DNA of 64,000 nt from an uncultured Thermoleophilaceae bacterium (GTDB lineage Bacteria; Actinomycetota; Thermoleophilia; Solirubrobacterales; Thermoleophilaceae), in assembly GCA_963739095.1 (NCBI GenBank), contig CAVTZF010000021.1, positions 87,842 through 151,841 on the forward strand. The letters are read 5' to 3'. The notes under the pieces are model-generated. The model was given only the letters and a program-made list of their open reading frames with translations. It made no database searches and was not told the DNA's origin. The position numbers and the translations under genes are program-made. Shown one piece after another: positions 38,155 to 47,042 of this stretch (position 1 is the stretch's first letter; each line of letters opens with the position of its first letter).

Positions 38155-39681
38155 CTAGCCGACCGTCTCGGCAGCCCCACCGCGGCGCGGGTCGCCGCCA
38201 CCGGTCAGCGCTCCCGTCTCGGGGTTGCGGGCAACCGCCTGGACGCCGCCGAAGAAGAGGTTCTGCTCGGTCCAGCGGCGCACGCGCCAGCCGCCCGCCT
38301 CGAGGCGGTCGAGCGACCCGGTCGCCACGCCCGGCTCGGCGTCGATCTCGCGCCCCTCGACGTGCAGGCGTGGGCTCGACACCGCCTCCTGCGCAGGCAG
38401 GCCGTGGTCGATCACGCCGATGATCGTCTGGAGGATCGCCGAGCGGATCCGGTTCGAGCCGGCGCTGCCGAGGGCCATCTCGGGCCGGTCGTCCGCGGAC
38501 AGCACGACGGTCGGGGCCATCATGCTCGGCACGCGAGCGCCCGGCTGGTGGCGGTGGAAGCCGAGCGGATTGAGGTCCTGCTCGCCGAGCATGTTGTTGA
38601 GGTGCATGCCGGTCCCGGGCACGACGACGCCCGAGCAGGAGCCGTTCGAGCAGGTCACCGAGGCGCAGCCGCCCTCGGCGTCCATGACCGAGATGTGGGT
38701 GGTGTTTCCCAACCGCGAGCGCACCTCGATCGCCACCGAGTCGAGCGCCTCCTTCGCCAGGAACTGCTCGAGATACCCCTCGGTGGCGAGCCCCTCCTGG
38801 AAGTCCTCGTCGCGGGCGCGGTTGGTGGACGCGATCACCTCGGCGATCACGTCTGCGTCGGTCGGCCGTTCGAGGCGCTCGAGGATCCCGAGCGCGTCCG
38901 CGATCAGGATGCCGCCCGACGACGGCGGCGGGTTCGTGAGCACCTCGCGCCCGCGGTAGCCGACGCGCGCGGGCGGGCGCTCGATCACCTCATAGGAGGC
39001 GAGGTCCGTGCGCGTCAACAACCCGCCGCGCTCGAGCACCCAGTCGCTCGCCGCGGCGGCGACGTCGCCCGTGTAGAGGAAGCCGGGGCCCTCGGCCCCG
39101 AGGCGCTCGAGCAGCTGGCCGAGCTCGGGAAGCCGGATCGTGTCCCCCTCGCGCAGCAGGGTCCCGCGCGGCGCGTAGAGCGCCGCGCACTCGGGCGTCG
39201 AGCGCAGGATCGGCTCCAGCACGGTGAACAGGAAGGCCTGCATCCGCACCACGTCGACGCCCTCGCGGGCGGCGCGCGCGGGCGCCGCGGTCAGATCGGC
39301 CAGCCGCGCCGTGCCGAAGCGCTCGAGCGCCTCGGCGAGCCCCAGTGTCGTGCCGTACGCGCCACACGACGAGGGGCCGACGTTGAAGCGCTGGATCGCA
39401 TCCTCCGCGAAGCGGACGTCGATCGGCAGCAGTGCCGCCGGCTCGCGTTCGTCGATGCCCTTCCCGGGCGCCGCGACGAAGAAGTCGAGCAGGTGCGATC
39501 CGCCCTCGGGGACGTGCACGAGCATGAAGCCGCCCGCGCCCGGGCCGGTGAGCGGCGACTCGGCCACGAATGACATCAGCACGCAGGCGACCGCCGCGTC
39601 GACGGCGTTGCCGCCGGCACTCAGCACATCCGCTCCTGTTCGCGCCGTCAGCGGATGGCCGGCAGCGACGACCCCTCTCAT
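38155..39681 (-). CDS. ggt: Gamma-glutamyltransferase family protein
   Basis: GGNAVDAAVA, nucleophile region GNTTHISVMD, SSGGI, PSMMAPT. Confidence 0.85.
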   Translation of the reverse strand: MRGVVAAGHPLTARTGADVLSAGGNAVDAAVACVLMSFVAESPLTGPGAGGFMLVHVPEGGSHLLDFFVAAPGKGIDEREPAALLPIDVRFAEDAIQRFNVGPSSCGAYGTTLGLAEALERFGTARLADLTAAPARAAREGVDVVRMQAFLFTVLEPILRSTPECAALYAPRGTLLREGDTIRLPELGQLLERLGAEGPGFLYTGDVAAAASDWVLERGGLLTRTDLASYEVIERPPARVGYRGREVLTNPPPSSGGILIADALGILERLERPTDADVIAEVIASTNRARDEDFQEGLATEGYLEQFLAKEALDSVAIEVRSRLGNTTHISVMDAEGGCASVTCSNGSCSGVVVPGTGMHLNNMLGEQDLNPLGFHRHQPGARVPSMMAPTVVLSADDRPEMALGSAGSNRIRSAILQTIIGVIDHGLPAQEAVSSPRLHVEGREIDAEPGVATGSLDRLEAGGWRVRRWTEQNLFFGGVQAVARNPETGALTGGGDPRRGGAAETVG

Positions 39682-39731
39682 CTTGGCGCGAGCCTAGCGC
39701 TGCCGCGTGGTCGGCAGCCCGGGCTCGGGTG

Positions 39732-41237
39732 CTAGCCGCGCGGGATGAACTCGGGAACGTCGATGTCGCTGAGCGTGCCGGCGCTCTGGCGGTCGCGGGT
39801 GCGGCGCACGCGCGGCTCGGCGTCGGCGGGGATCGAGTGGTCGCGCCGCGGCGCGCGCGGCAGCGGGCGGTCCCCGTAGCCGGTCGCGACGACGGTCACC
39901 CACACCTGGTCCTCGACCTTCTCGTCGACCATCGCGCCGAAGATGATGTTCGCCTCCGGGTGGGCAGCCTCGGCGACCGCCTTGGCCGCCTCGTTGACCT
40001 CCCACAGGGACAGGTCGCGGCCGCCGGTCACCGAGAGCAGGATCGAACGCGCTCCCTCGAGCGAGGTCTCGAGCAGCGGAGACTCGATCGCGTGCTCGAC
40101 GGCGTCCATCCCGCGGCGGTCGCCGGTTCCCATGCCGATCCCGAGCAGCGCCTGACCCGCTCCCGACATGATCGTGCGGACGTCGGCGAAGTCGAGGTTG
40201 ATGAGCCCCGGCAGCGTGATCAGGTCGGAGATGCCCTGCACGCCCTGGCGCAGCACGTCGTCGGCGACGCGGAAGGCCTCGACCATCGAGGTCGACTTGT
40301 CGAGCACCGACAGGAGCCGCGAGTTCGGGATCACGATCAGCGTGTCCACCTCGCGCGCGAGCTCCTCGACACCCTGGTCTGCCTGCTCGCCGCGACGCGC
40401 GCCCTCGAACGAGAACGGCTTCGTCACGATGCCGACGGTCAGCGCACCGATCTCGCGCGAGATGCGCGCGACGATCGGCGCCGCGCCGGTACCCGTGCCA
40501 CCGCCTGAGCCGGCCGTGATGAAGACCATGTCGGAGCCCTTGAGGTAGCCCTTGAGCTCGTCGTAGGACTCGAGCGCCGCGGCCTGGCCGAGCTCCGGGT
40601 TCGAGCCGGAGCCGAGGCCGCGCGTGAGGTCGCTTCCGATATGCACGCGCGTGTGCGCAGCGGAGCCCTCGAGCGACTGCATGTCGGTGTTGATCGCGAT
40701 GAACTCGACGCCCTCGACCTCGGCCTCGATCATGCGGTTGACGGCGTTGACGCCGGCGCCGCCGACGCCCACGACCCTCAGCATGGGCTCCGTGACGCCG
40801 CCGGACATCGAGCGGATCATCGGTTCGGGCTCGGGGTCGCCCCCGGCCGGCTCGCGCTGCTCCGGCGCGTGCTCGAGGATGTTCTCCGGGATGTCCGAGG
40901 AGAACACCGAGCGCAGGCGGTCCTCCGGGCTCGGCACGCCCTCGTAGCGGCTCCAGCGCTGCTCGCGCTCCTGGCGGCGCGCGTCGCGCTCCTCGGCGCG
41001 GCGGGCGGCCTCGGTCAAGCGCTCTGCCTGGGACCGCCGCTGCGGGAGCTCTTGCTTGAGATCAGGCTGCTCCTGCCCCTGCGGCTCCGGCACGTGGCGC
41101 GTCGTCTGCGGCGCGGGGCCGTCCTTGGGCAGCGGGCGGCCGGCCTTCGGCTCCTGCTCGGGCTTGCGGTTCTCGGCACCCTCCGGGGCGTCGTCCTCCG
41201 TCTTGCGGAAGAGCTGCGCCAGGGGGCCCTCGCGCAT
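39732..41237 (-). CDS. ftsZ: Cell-division GTPase FtsZ with a ~155-aa charged N-terminal extension
   Basis: Core: [26 protein letters not shown] (tubulin signature), NLDFADV (T7 loop), C-terminal peptide [11 protein letters not shown]. The extension ([16 protein letters not shown]...EPEPMIRS) has strongly G/C-biased third positions in this frame. The ATG at 41237 lies 10 nt after the parA-like stop. Confidence 0.9.
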   Translation of the reverse strand: MREGPLAQLFRKTEDDAPEGAENRKPEQEPKAGRPLPKDGPAPQTTRHVPEPQGQEQPDLKQELPQRRSQAERLTEAARRAEERDARRQEREQRWSRYEGVPSPEDRLRSVFSSDIPENILEHAPEQREPAGGDPEPEPMIRSMSGGVTEPMLRVVGVGGAGVNAVNRMIEAEVEGVEFIAINTDMQSLEGSAAHTRVHIGSDLTRGLGSGSNPELGQAAALESYDELKGYLKGSDMVFITAGSGGGTGTGAAPIVARISREIGALTVGIVTKPFSFEGARRGEQADQGVEELAREVDTLIVIPNSRLLSVLDKSTSMVEAFRVADDVLRQGVQGISDLITLPGLINLDFADVRTIMSGAGQALLGIGMGTGDRRGMDAVEHAIESPLLETSLEGARSILLSVTGGRDLSLWEVNEAAKAVAEAAHPEANIIFGAMVDEKVEDQVWVTVVATGYGDRPLPRAPRRDHSIPADAEPRVRRTRDRQSAGTLSDIDVPEFIPRG

Positions 41238-41247
41238 GCTCGCCCTG

Positions 41248-42015
41248 TTACCGCTTGCCATTCGCAAGGACCTCCTCCGCTAGCTGGCGGTAGGCGTAGG
41301 CCGCCTTCCCGTCCGGGTCGTACTTCAGCACCGACATGCCCTTGACCGGCGCCTCTGCGAACCGCACGGTCTTGTTGATTCGTGATGCGAATACCCGGTC
41401 CCCGAAGTTCTCCTCCAGGATCTCGATCGCCTCCTTCGCGTGGACGGTCCGATTGTCCACGAGCGTGGGCAGGATGCCCTCGATCTCGATGTCCGGGTTG
41501 AGCTCGTCGCGCACCATCGACAGCGTGTTCTGGAGCTGGATCAGCCCGCGCATGGACAGATACTCGCATTGCACGGGGACGATCACCTTGTCCGAGGCGG
41601 TCAGCGCGTTGATCGTGAGCAGCCCGAGGCTGGGCGGCGTGTCGATGAAGATGAAGTCGTAGTCCTCGAGGATGGGCGCCAGCGCCTTCTTCAGGGCGCG
41701 CTCGCGGCCGATCATCGTGGACATCGCGATCTCCGCGCCGGCCAGGTCGATCGACGCGCACGCGACGTCGACCTCGCGCTTGCGGATCACCTCACGGATC
41801 GAGAGCTGGTGGACGAGCACGTCGTACATCGACGCCTCGAGCGAATCGGGGTCGATCCCCTGGCTCATCGTGAGGTTGCCCTGCGGGTCCAGGTCGACGC
41901 AGAGCACGCGGTGGCCTCGCTCGACGAACGCCGCGGCGAGGTTGAGGGTGGTGGTCGTCTTCGCGACGCCGCCCTTCTGGTTGGTGAAGGCGATGACCTT
42001 GGCCTTGGGCGTCAT
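41248..42015 (-). CDS. ParA/Soj-family (deviant Walker A) ATPase
   Basis: [45 protein letters not shown]. Confidence 0.9.
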   Translation of the reverse strand: MTPKAKVIAFTNQKGGVAKTTTTLNLAAAFVERGHRVLCVDLDPQGNLTMSQGIDPDSLEASMYDVLVHQLSIREVIRKREVDVACASIDLAGAEIAMSTMIGRERALKKALAPILEDYDFIFIDTPPSLGLLTINALTASDKVIVPVQCEYLSMRGLIQLQNTLSMVRDELNPDIEIEGILPTLVDNRTVHAKEAIEILEENFGDRVFASRINKTVRFAEAPVKGMSVLKYDPDGKAAYAYRQLAEEVLANGKR

Positions 42016-42068
42016 TACGAGAGCCGTATTCGCACGGTCTGAACGGAATCCTTCACCCTTGTCGTCCG

Positions 42069-42995
42069 GTGGCTGCGCTACTGGACAAGCGACTCGTGCT
42101 CGTGACCGGCAAGGGCGGCGTCGGCAAGACGACCGTCGCAGCCGCGCTCGGGCTCGCTGCCGCGCGCGCCGGGAAGCGCACGGTGGTGTGCGAGGTGGCC
42201 GAGCAGGAGCGGCTCGCAGCCATGTTCGGGGCGAGCGACATCGGGCACTCAGAGCTCGAGCTCGCCCCCGGGCTGTTCGCCGTGTCCGTCGACCCGGAGC
42301 GGGCGAAGGCGGAGTGGCTCGGCTACCAGCTGCGCTCGTCGACGCTTGCGGGCGTGCTCGGCGGCAACCGCGTGTTCCAGTACCTGACGGCCGCGGCGCC
42401 GGGACTGACCGAGCTCGTCACGATCGGCAAGGTCTGGGACCTCGCGCAGCTCGAGCGGCGCACCGGCGGCTCGGTCTTCGACCTGGCCATCGTCGACGCG
42501 CCCGCCACGGGCCACGCACTTGCGATCCTGCGCGCGCCGCAAACGTTCGCGGCTATTGCAAGGGCGGGGCCGGTCGCTCGCCAGGCGGAGCGGATCGACG
42601 CCTTCCTGCACGACAGCGCCGCCACCGGCGTGCTCGTGACCGCCCTGCCGGAGGAGATGCCCGTCAACGAGACCGTCGACTTCGAGCGCGCCCTGCGCGA
42701 CGACCTTGGGATGGACGTCGACGCGATCGTGGTGAACGCGCTACACCCGGCGCGCTTCAGCGCCGCCGAGGCGCGCACGCTCGAGTCGCTCGACCGCCGC
42801 GGCGGGCCCGCCGCCCGCGCAGCGCTGCGCGCCGCGCTCTCGGAACACGCACGGGCACGGGCCGAGCGCGCTCAGCTGCGCCGCCTGCGGCGCGCCGTCA
42901 GGGCGCCGGTCTCGACGCTCCCGCGGATCTTCGAGCCCGAGCTCGGCCGCGACGAGCTCGAGCAGCTGTCGGCCGAGTTGGAGCGCAGGCTGTGA
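42069..42995 (+). CDS. ArsA/Get3-like P-loop ATPase (first of a pair; Rv3679-like)
   Basis: LVLVTGKGGVGKTTVAAAL and IVDAPATGHAL. GTG start. Confidence 0.8.
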   Translation: MAALLDKRLVLVTGKGGVGKTTVAAALGLAAARAGKRTVVCEVAEQERLAAMFGASDIGHSELELAPGLFAVSVDPERAKAEWLGYQLRSSTLAGVLGGNRVFQYLTAAAPGLTELVTIGKVWDLAQLERRTGGSVFDLAIVDAPATGHALAILRAPQTFAAIARAGPVARQAERIDAFLHDSAATGVLVTALPEEMPVNETVDFERALRDDLGMDVDAIVVNALHPARFSAAEARTLESLDRRGGPAARAALRAALSEHARARAERAQLRRLRRAVRAPVSTLPRIFEPELGRDELEQLSAELERRL

Positions 42996-44053
42996 TCGAG
43001 AACTGGCTCGAGCGCAAGGAGGTCTGCATCTGCTGCGGCTCGGGCGGGGTCGGCAAGACGACCGCGTCGGCCGCGATCGCGCTCGGCATGGCGGCACGCG
43101 GCAAGAAGGTCGCGGTGCTGACCATCGACCCCGCCAAGCGGCTCGCCAACTCGCTCGGGCTCGACGAGCTGGGCAACGAGGAGCGGCTCGTCGACGCCGA
43201 CGTGTCCGGCGAGCTGTGGGCGATGATGCTCGACCCCAAGCGCACCTTCGACGACATCATCGAGTGGCACGCCCCGGACGAGCGCACACGCGACGCCGTT
43301 CTCTCGAACCGGATCTATCAGGAGCTCTCGAATGCCGTGGCCGGCTCGCAGGAGTACATGGCGATGGAGAAGCTCTACGAGCTCCACCAGGAGGGGCGCT
43401 ACGACCTGCTCGTGCTGGACACCCCGCCCACGCGGAACGCGCTCGACTTCATCGACGCGCCCAAGCGGCTCGCGGACTTCATCGACTCACGCTCGCTGCA
43501 GTTCTTCACGGCGCCGGGCATCTTCGGCCTGAAGGTCCTGGGACGCGGCAGCGGGCTCGTGTCCTCGGCCCTCCGGCGCGCCACCGGGATCGACCTGCTC
43601 GAGGACCTGTCGGCGTTCTTCTCGAGCTTCGGCTCGATGACCGAGGGCTTTCGCGAGCGCGCCGGGCACGTCAACGAGCTGCTCGCCGACAGCCGCACCG
43701 CCTTCGTGCTCGTGACCTCACCGCGCGCGGATGCGATCGAGGAGGCGCGCTGGTTCCACCACCGCCTGATGGACGCCGGGCTCCCATTCGCCGGCGCGGT
43801 CGCCAACCGCGTGCGCGCCGAGCCACCGGCCGGCGACCCGGCGCCCGAGCTTGGCGAGCTGCTCGACCCCGCGCTCACACGCAAGGTTCTGCGGACCTGG
43901 GACGAGGAGCGTCAGCTGGCGGCGCGCGACCGCGAGAACCTGGCGACCCTGAAGCGCCGCCTGGGGCGCAGGCCGATCATCGAGGTGCCGTACATCGACG
44001 ACGACGTCCACGACCTCGAGGGCCTGCGGAGGATGGACGAGTTCTTGTTCTGA
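42992..44053 (+). CDS. ArsA/Get3-like P-loop ATPase (second of a pair; Rv3680-like)
   Basis: ICCGSGGVGKTTASAAIA, VLTIDPAKRL, LVLDTPPTRNALDF. GTGA overlap with the first ATPase. Confidence 0.8.
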   Translation: MIENWLERKEVCICCGSGGVGKTTASAAIALGMAARGKKVAVLTIDPAKRLANSLGLDELGNEERLVDADVSGELWAMMLDPKRTFDDIIEWHAPDERTRDAVLSNRIYQELSNAVAGSQEYMAMEKLYELHQEGRYDLLVLDTPPTRNALDFIDAPKRLADFIDSRSLQFFTAPGIFGLKVLGRGSGLVSSALRRATGIDLLEDLSAFFSSFGSMTEGFRERAGHVNELLADSRTAFVLVTSPRADAIEEARWFHHRLMDAGLPFAGAVANRVRAEPPAGDPAPELGELLDPALTRKVLRTWDEERQLAARDRENLATLKRRLGRRPIIEVPYIDDDVHDLEGLRRMDEFLF

Positions 44054-44272
44054 TTCCGAAAGACGGCTAAGAGGGGGGACTGGGCTCAACTCGCCTGCTT
44101 GGGCCCACGATGCCGGATTGATAGCCGCAGAGACGACTAATCCGGCAACGTGCCACCCACCGTGGCGGGTTGATGTCGTCTGGCGACACGCACTTGCCAC
44201 AGTGCCGGCGAAGCCGCGGCCAGCGGACCACAGCCCCCTTCCCCAGCCTGTCGTTCGGACCTCAGCCGCGAG

Positions 44273-45802
44273 CTAGACCGGCGCCGAGTAGTCCTCAGGG
44301 TCGTCGTACGCCCAGTCGTCCGAGGGCGTCACGCCGTCGAGATGCGGCTGGTGCGGCAGCTCCGCCTGCAGGCGGTCCATCTCGGAGGTGTCGATCTCCT
44401 CTTCCTCGAGAAGGAGGGGTGCCGCGACGGCAGCCGGCTCGGGCTCCGGCTCCGGGTCCGGCTCGAACTCCGGCTCCGGCTCCGGCTCGAACTCCGGCTC
44501 CGGTTCGGGCGCCGGCTCCGGTTCGGGCTCGCGCGCGAAGCGCTCCGTGCGCAGGTCGCGCGCCTGGATCTCGGGGAACGGGCCCTCGTTCGACTCGAGC
44601 AGGATGTCGTCGGCGACCGTCTTGAGATCGGCGTCGAGGTAGCCGCACAGGACGTCACGCAGCAGTGCGCGCACGTAGCCCTCGAGCTGGTCGACGATCT
44701 CGGCCGGCGAACCGTCCGGCACGCGTCCGCCGCCGCCCATCAGCATGCGCTCGAGCGAGACGGCGGCCTCGATGTGCCCCTGCACCTCGCTTCGCCTGCC
44801 CTCCTCGGCGCAGAGCGCAGCCACCCTCAGCGCGAGGCTCGCCTGGCCCGCGTCGGTGGTGGCGTCGAGCAGGCCCCGCAGCGCCAGCAGCAGGTCCGAC
44901 AGCGCCTCCGAGTCGCGCGGGCGCTCGCACGCCATCTCGAAGCGCGCGAGCGCCCAGGCGAGCGTGCCACCGGGACGAGCTCCCTCGATCACAGCCACGA
45001 ATTCGCGCAGCGCCTTCTCCTCGCCGGCCGGCAGCTGCCAGCCGGGGCCGCGGCCGGCGCCCGTGCCGCCCACGGGAACCGCTGACCAGCGACCGTGGTC
45101 GGTGCGCCGCCAGCCGGGCGCGCCGAGGCTCACCGCGCCGTGGCGCCACAGCCGCAGCGCGGTCACGAGCCCGCGCATGCGCGCGTCGGCGTCGCCCGCG
45201 CCCAGGCGCTGGTCGGCCGCCATGTCGCAGTCGAGCGTGCACACGACCGCGGGGGCGCCGTCGCCGCCCTCCGGGTAGACCGCCTCCGGCGGGGCGTCGG
45301 CGTGGTCGCCGCGGACCATCGACAGCCCGGCGCCGAAGTCGATCCGCTCCGCCTCGATCCAGGCGCCGTCGAGCGCCGCGACGACGCGGTCGCGCACGGC
45401 GTCGCGGAAGAGCGTCGTCTCGACCTCCTTGTAGACGCGCTCGAAGCGCTCCTCCGGGAAGCCGAAGCTGGTGGCGTCCTCGTAGAGCCGCTCGAGCATC
45501 GCCTGCAGCGCCGGCTCGGCCTGCTCGCCGCGCAGGCCGTTGACCCGCAGCCAGCTCGCGGCGCCCGCGCCCAGCTCCATGCAGGCCCGGTGACAGGAGG
45601 GCAGCTCGCGCAGCCTTTCCCAGCGCCCGCCGATGAAGGCGCCGGTACGCGGCTGGTAGCGGTAGAGGACGGGGCCGCGGCGGTCGCCCTCGTCGACTAC
45701 GTCGAACTCGACCTCCGCGCCCGCCTTGATGTCATCGCTGAGAAGCGCCGCGGCTTCGAGCGCGAAGTTCCGCAGCGCGTCGTGGAGAGCACGATTGCGC
45801 AT
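44273..45802 (-). CDS. Hypothetical protein (509 aa) with an acidic C-terminal EP-repeat tail
   Basis: Long ORF with coding-like codon bias. No family recognised. The tail reads REPEPEPAPEPEPEFEPEPEPEFEPDPEPEPEP. Confidence 0.6.
   Translation of the reverse strand: MRNRALHDALRNFALEAAALLSDDIKAGAEVEFDVVDEGDRRGPVLYRYQPRTGAFIGGRWERLRELPSCHRACMELGAGAASWLRVNGLRGEQAEPALQAMLERLYEDATSFGFPEERFERVYKEVETTLFRDAVRDRVVAALDGAWIEAERIDFGAGLSMVRGDHADAPPEAVYPEGGDGAPAVVCTLDCDMAADQRLGAGDADARMRGLVTALRLWRHGAVSLGAPGWRRTDHGRWSAVPVGGTGAGRGPGWQLPAGEEKALREFVAVIEGARPGGTLAWALARFEMACERPRDSEALSDLLLALRGLLDATTDAGQASLALRVAALCAEEGRRSEVQGHIEAAVSLERMLMGGGGRVPDGSPAEIVDQLEGYVRALLRDVLCGYLDADLKTVADDILLESNEGPFPEIQARDLRTERFAREPEPEPAPEPEPEFEPEPEPEFEPDPEPEPEPAAVAAPLLLEEEEIDTSEMDRLQAELPHQPHLDGVTPSDDWAYDDPEDYSAPV
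44433..44530 (-). repeat. Coding GGCTCC-type microsatellite-like tract containing a 24-bp tandem duplication (44457-44480 / 44481-44504, 23 of 24 identical)
   Basis: tccggctcgaactccggctccggc followed by tccggctcgaactccggctccggt. Encodes the (EP)n/EPEPEFEP repeats. Confidence 0.8.
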
Positions 45803-45850
45803 GAGGCGCGATTTCGATGAACGCGCCCGGTGTCCTGCCTGCGAGACCGC

Positions 45851-46231
45851 TCAGGCGGCGGCGACGGCCGTCGGAGTGGCCGTGGTGGAGCAGGAGCCGT
45901 CCCCGGGGCCGTCCTCGACTCCGAGCCACTCGCGCCCGTAGCGGCGCATGTCGTCGATCAGCGGCACGAGCGCAACGCCCTTCGTGGTCAGCGAGTACTC
46001 GACCCGCGGCGGGACCTCCGGAAATGTGTGGCGCTCGACGATGCCCTGCTCCTCGAGCGCGCGGAGCCGCAGCGACAGGGTCCGCGGGCTGATACCGGCG
46101 AGCGAGCGCTCGAGCTCGCAGAAGCGGCTGCGGCCCTCCGCGAGGTCGCGGATCACGAGGATCGTCCACTTGCCGCAGATGATGTCTGCAGTGGCACACA
46201 CGGGGCAGCTTGGATCGCCCATATAGGCCAT
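45851..46231 (-). CDS. HxlR-family (DUF24) winged-helix transcriptional regulator
   Basis: CPVCATADIICGKWTILVIRDLAEGRSRFCELERSLAGISPRTLSLRLRALEEQGIVER..PPRVEYSLT. Confidence 0.85.
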   Translation of the reverse strand: MAYMGDPSCPVCATADIICGKWTILVIRDLAEGRSRFCELERSLAGISPRTLSLRLRALEEQGIVERHTFPEVPPRVEYSLTTKGVALVPLIDDMRRYGREWLGVEDGPGDGSCSTTATPTAVAAA

Positions 46232-46242
46232 GGTACCGCAAG

Positions 46243-46259
46243 ACTTCACGAACTGAAGT
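46243..46259. promoter_or_regulatory. Inverted repeat ACTTCA-cgaac-TGAAGT just upstream of the HxlR gene; candidate operator
   Basis: Perfect 6-bp arms, AT-richer than the surroundings, 12 nt upstream of ATG 46231. Confidence 0.3.
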
Positions 46260-46273
46260 AAAGGAACCGGGCG

Positions 46274-46975
46274 TCAGATGCCGCTGAGCAGGCCGCCTCC
46301 GCCGCCACCGCCGCCGGCCGCGAGGACGCGCCCCTCGCTCGGCTGGACGAGCACCCAGCCGGAGCCTGCGAACGACATCTGGATCGATTCGCCCGAGCCG
46401 CGCCCGATGAAGTTCTTCATCTTGATGTCGGTCTTGATCCCGGTCTGGACGCTGGACGACCAGGTGATTGCGGCCGACGGGTCGGCGAAGGTCGGTGCGT
46501 CACCGGTGTTCAGCAGCACGGGCGGGCCGTCGGAGACGATCGCCACCCAGCCGGTGCCCTGGAGCGCCGTGTTGAAGAGGCCACCGGCGACGAAGCCGCT
46601 GGCGCCCTCGACCTTCTTGATGTCCCAGTCGATGCCGGCGTCGAACGCGAGCAGGTTCGAGCCGTTCACCGTGATCGCGTCGTTCTCGAGGTAGAGCAGA
46701 TGCACCTCCTGGGCGGTGTCCGCGAGGAACACCTCGCCCGTCCCGGACATCTTCATCAGCTTCGTGCCTTCGCCGGTCATCGCCTTCTTCAGCATCCTGC
46801 TCATGCCGCCCGAACCGGCGTGCTCGAAGGCAACCTGGCCCTGGTAGGCGACCATCGAGCCGGCCTTCGCCTGGATCGTCACCTGGTCGAGACTCACCTT
46901 CAGCAGCTTCGAGTTCTGGAGCGCGAAGGCCTGCTGCGACTGCGTCTCCTGAAACTCACCCAGTGTGCTCTGCAC
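46274..46975 (-). CDS. AIM24/DUF124-family protein with a poly-Gly tail
   Basis: KAGSMVAYQG..., TGEGTKLMKMSGTGEVFLA, SNLLAFD, GGLFNTALQGTGWVAI are characteristic of AIM24/DUF124. Confidence 0.75.
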   Translation of the reverse strand: MQSTLGEFQETQSQQAFALQNSKLLKVSLDQVTIQAKAGSMVAYQGQVAFEHAGSGGMSRMLKKAMTGEGTKLMKMSGTGEVFLADTAQEVHLLYLENDAITVNGSNLLAFDAGIDWDIKKVEGASGFVAGGLFNTALQGTGWVAIVSDGPPVLLNTGDAPTFADPSAAITWSSSVQTGIKTDIKMKNFIGRGSGESIQMSFAGSGWVLVQPSEGRVLAAGGGGGGGGLLSGI

Positions 46976-47042
46976 CTGGCCTCCTTGTCGATGTTCGGTC
47001 GTTGGCTTCGAGCTGAGGCATGCACGCTACCCTGCGCTCCCC

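Noticed and set aside
40770-41237. Possibility that the region upstream of the FtsZ core is a long non-coding leader
   Set aside because: The third codon positions are almost uniformly G/C in the FtsZ frame over the whole stretch, and a start codon sits 10 nt after the parA-like stop. Coding is more likely, though unproven.
44433-44530. Short tandem GGCTCC-type repeats that might be taken for a CRISPR or other non-coding array
   Set aside because: The units are 6-24 bp with no spacers, and the tract lies inside an ORF encoding an (EP)n tail. No cas genes are present.
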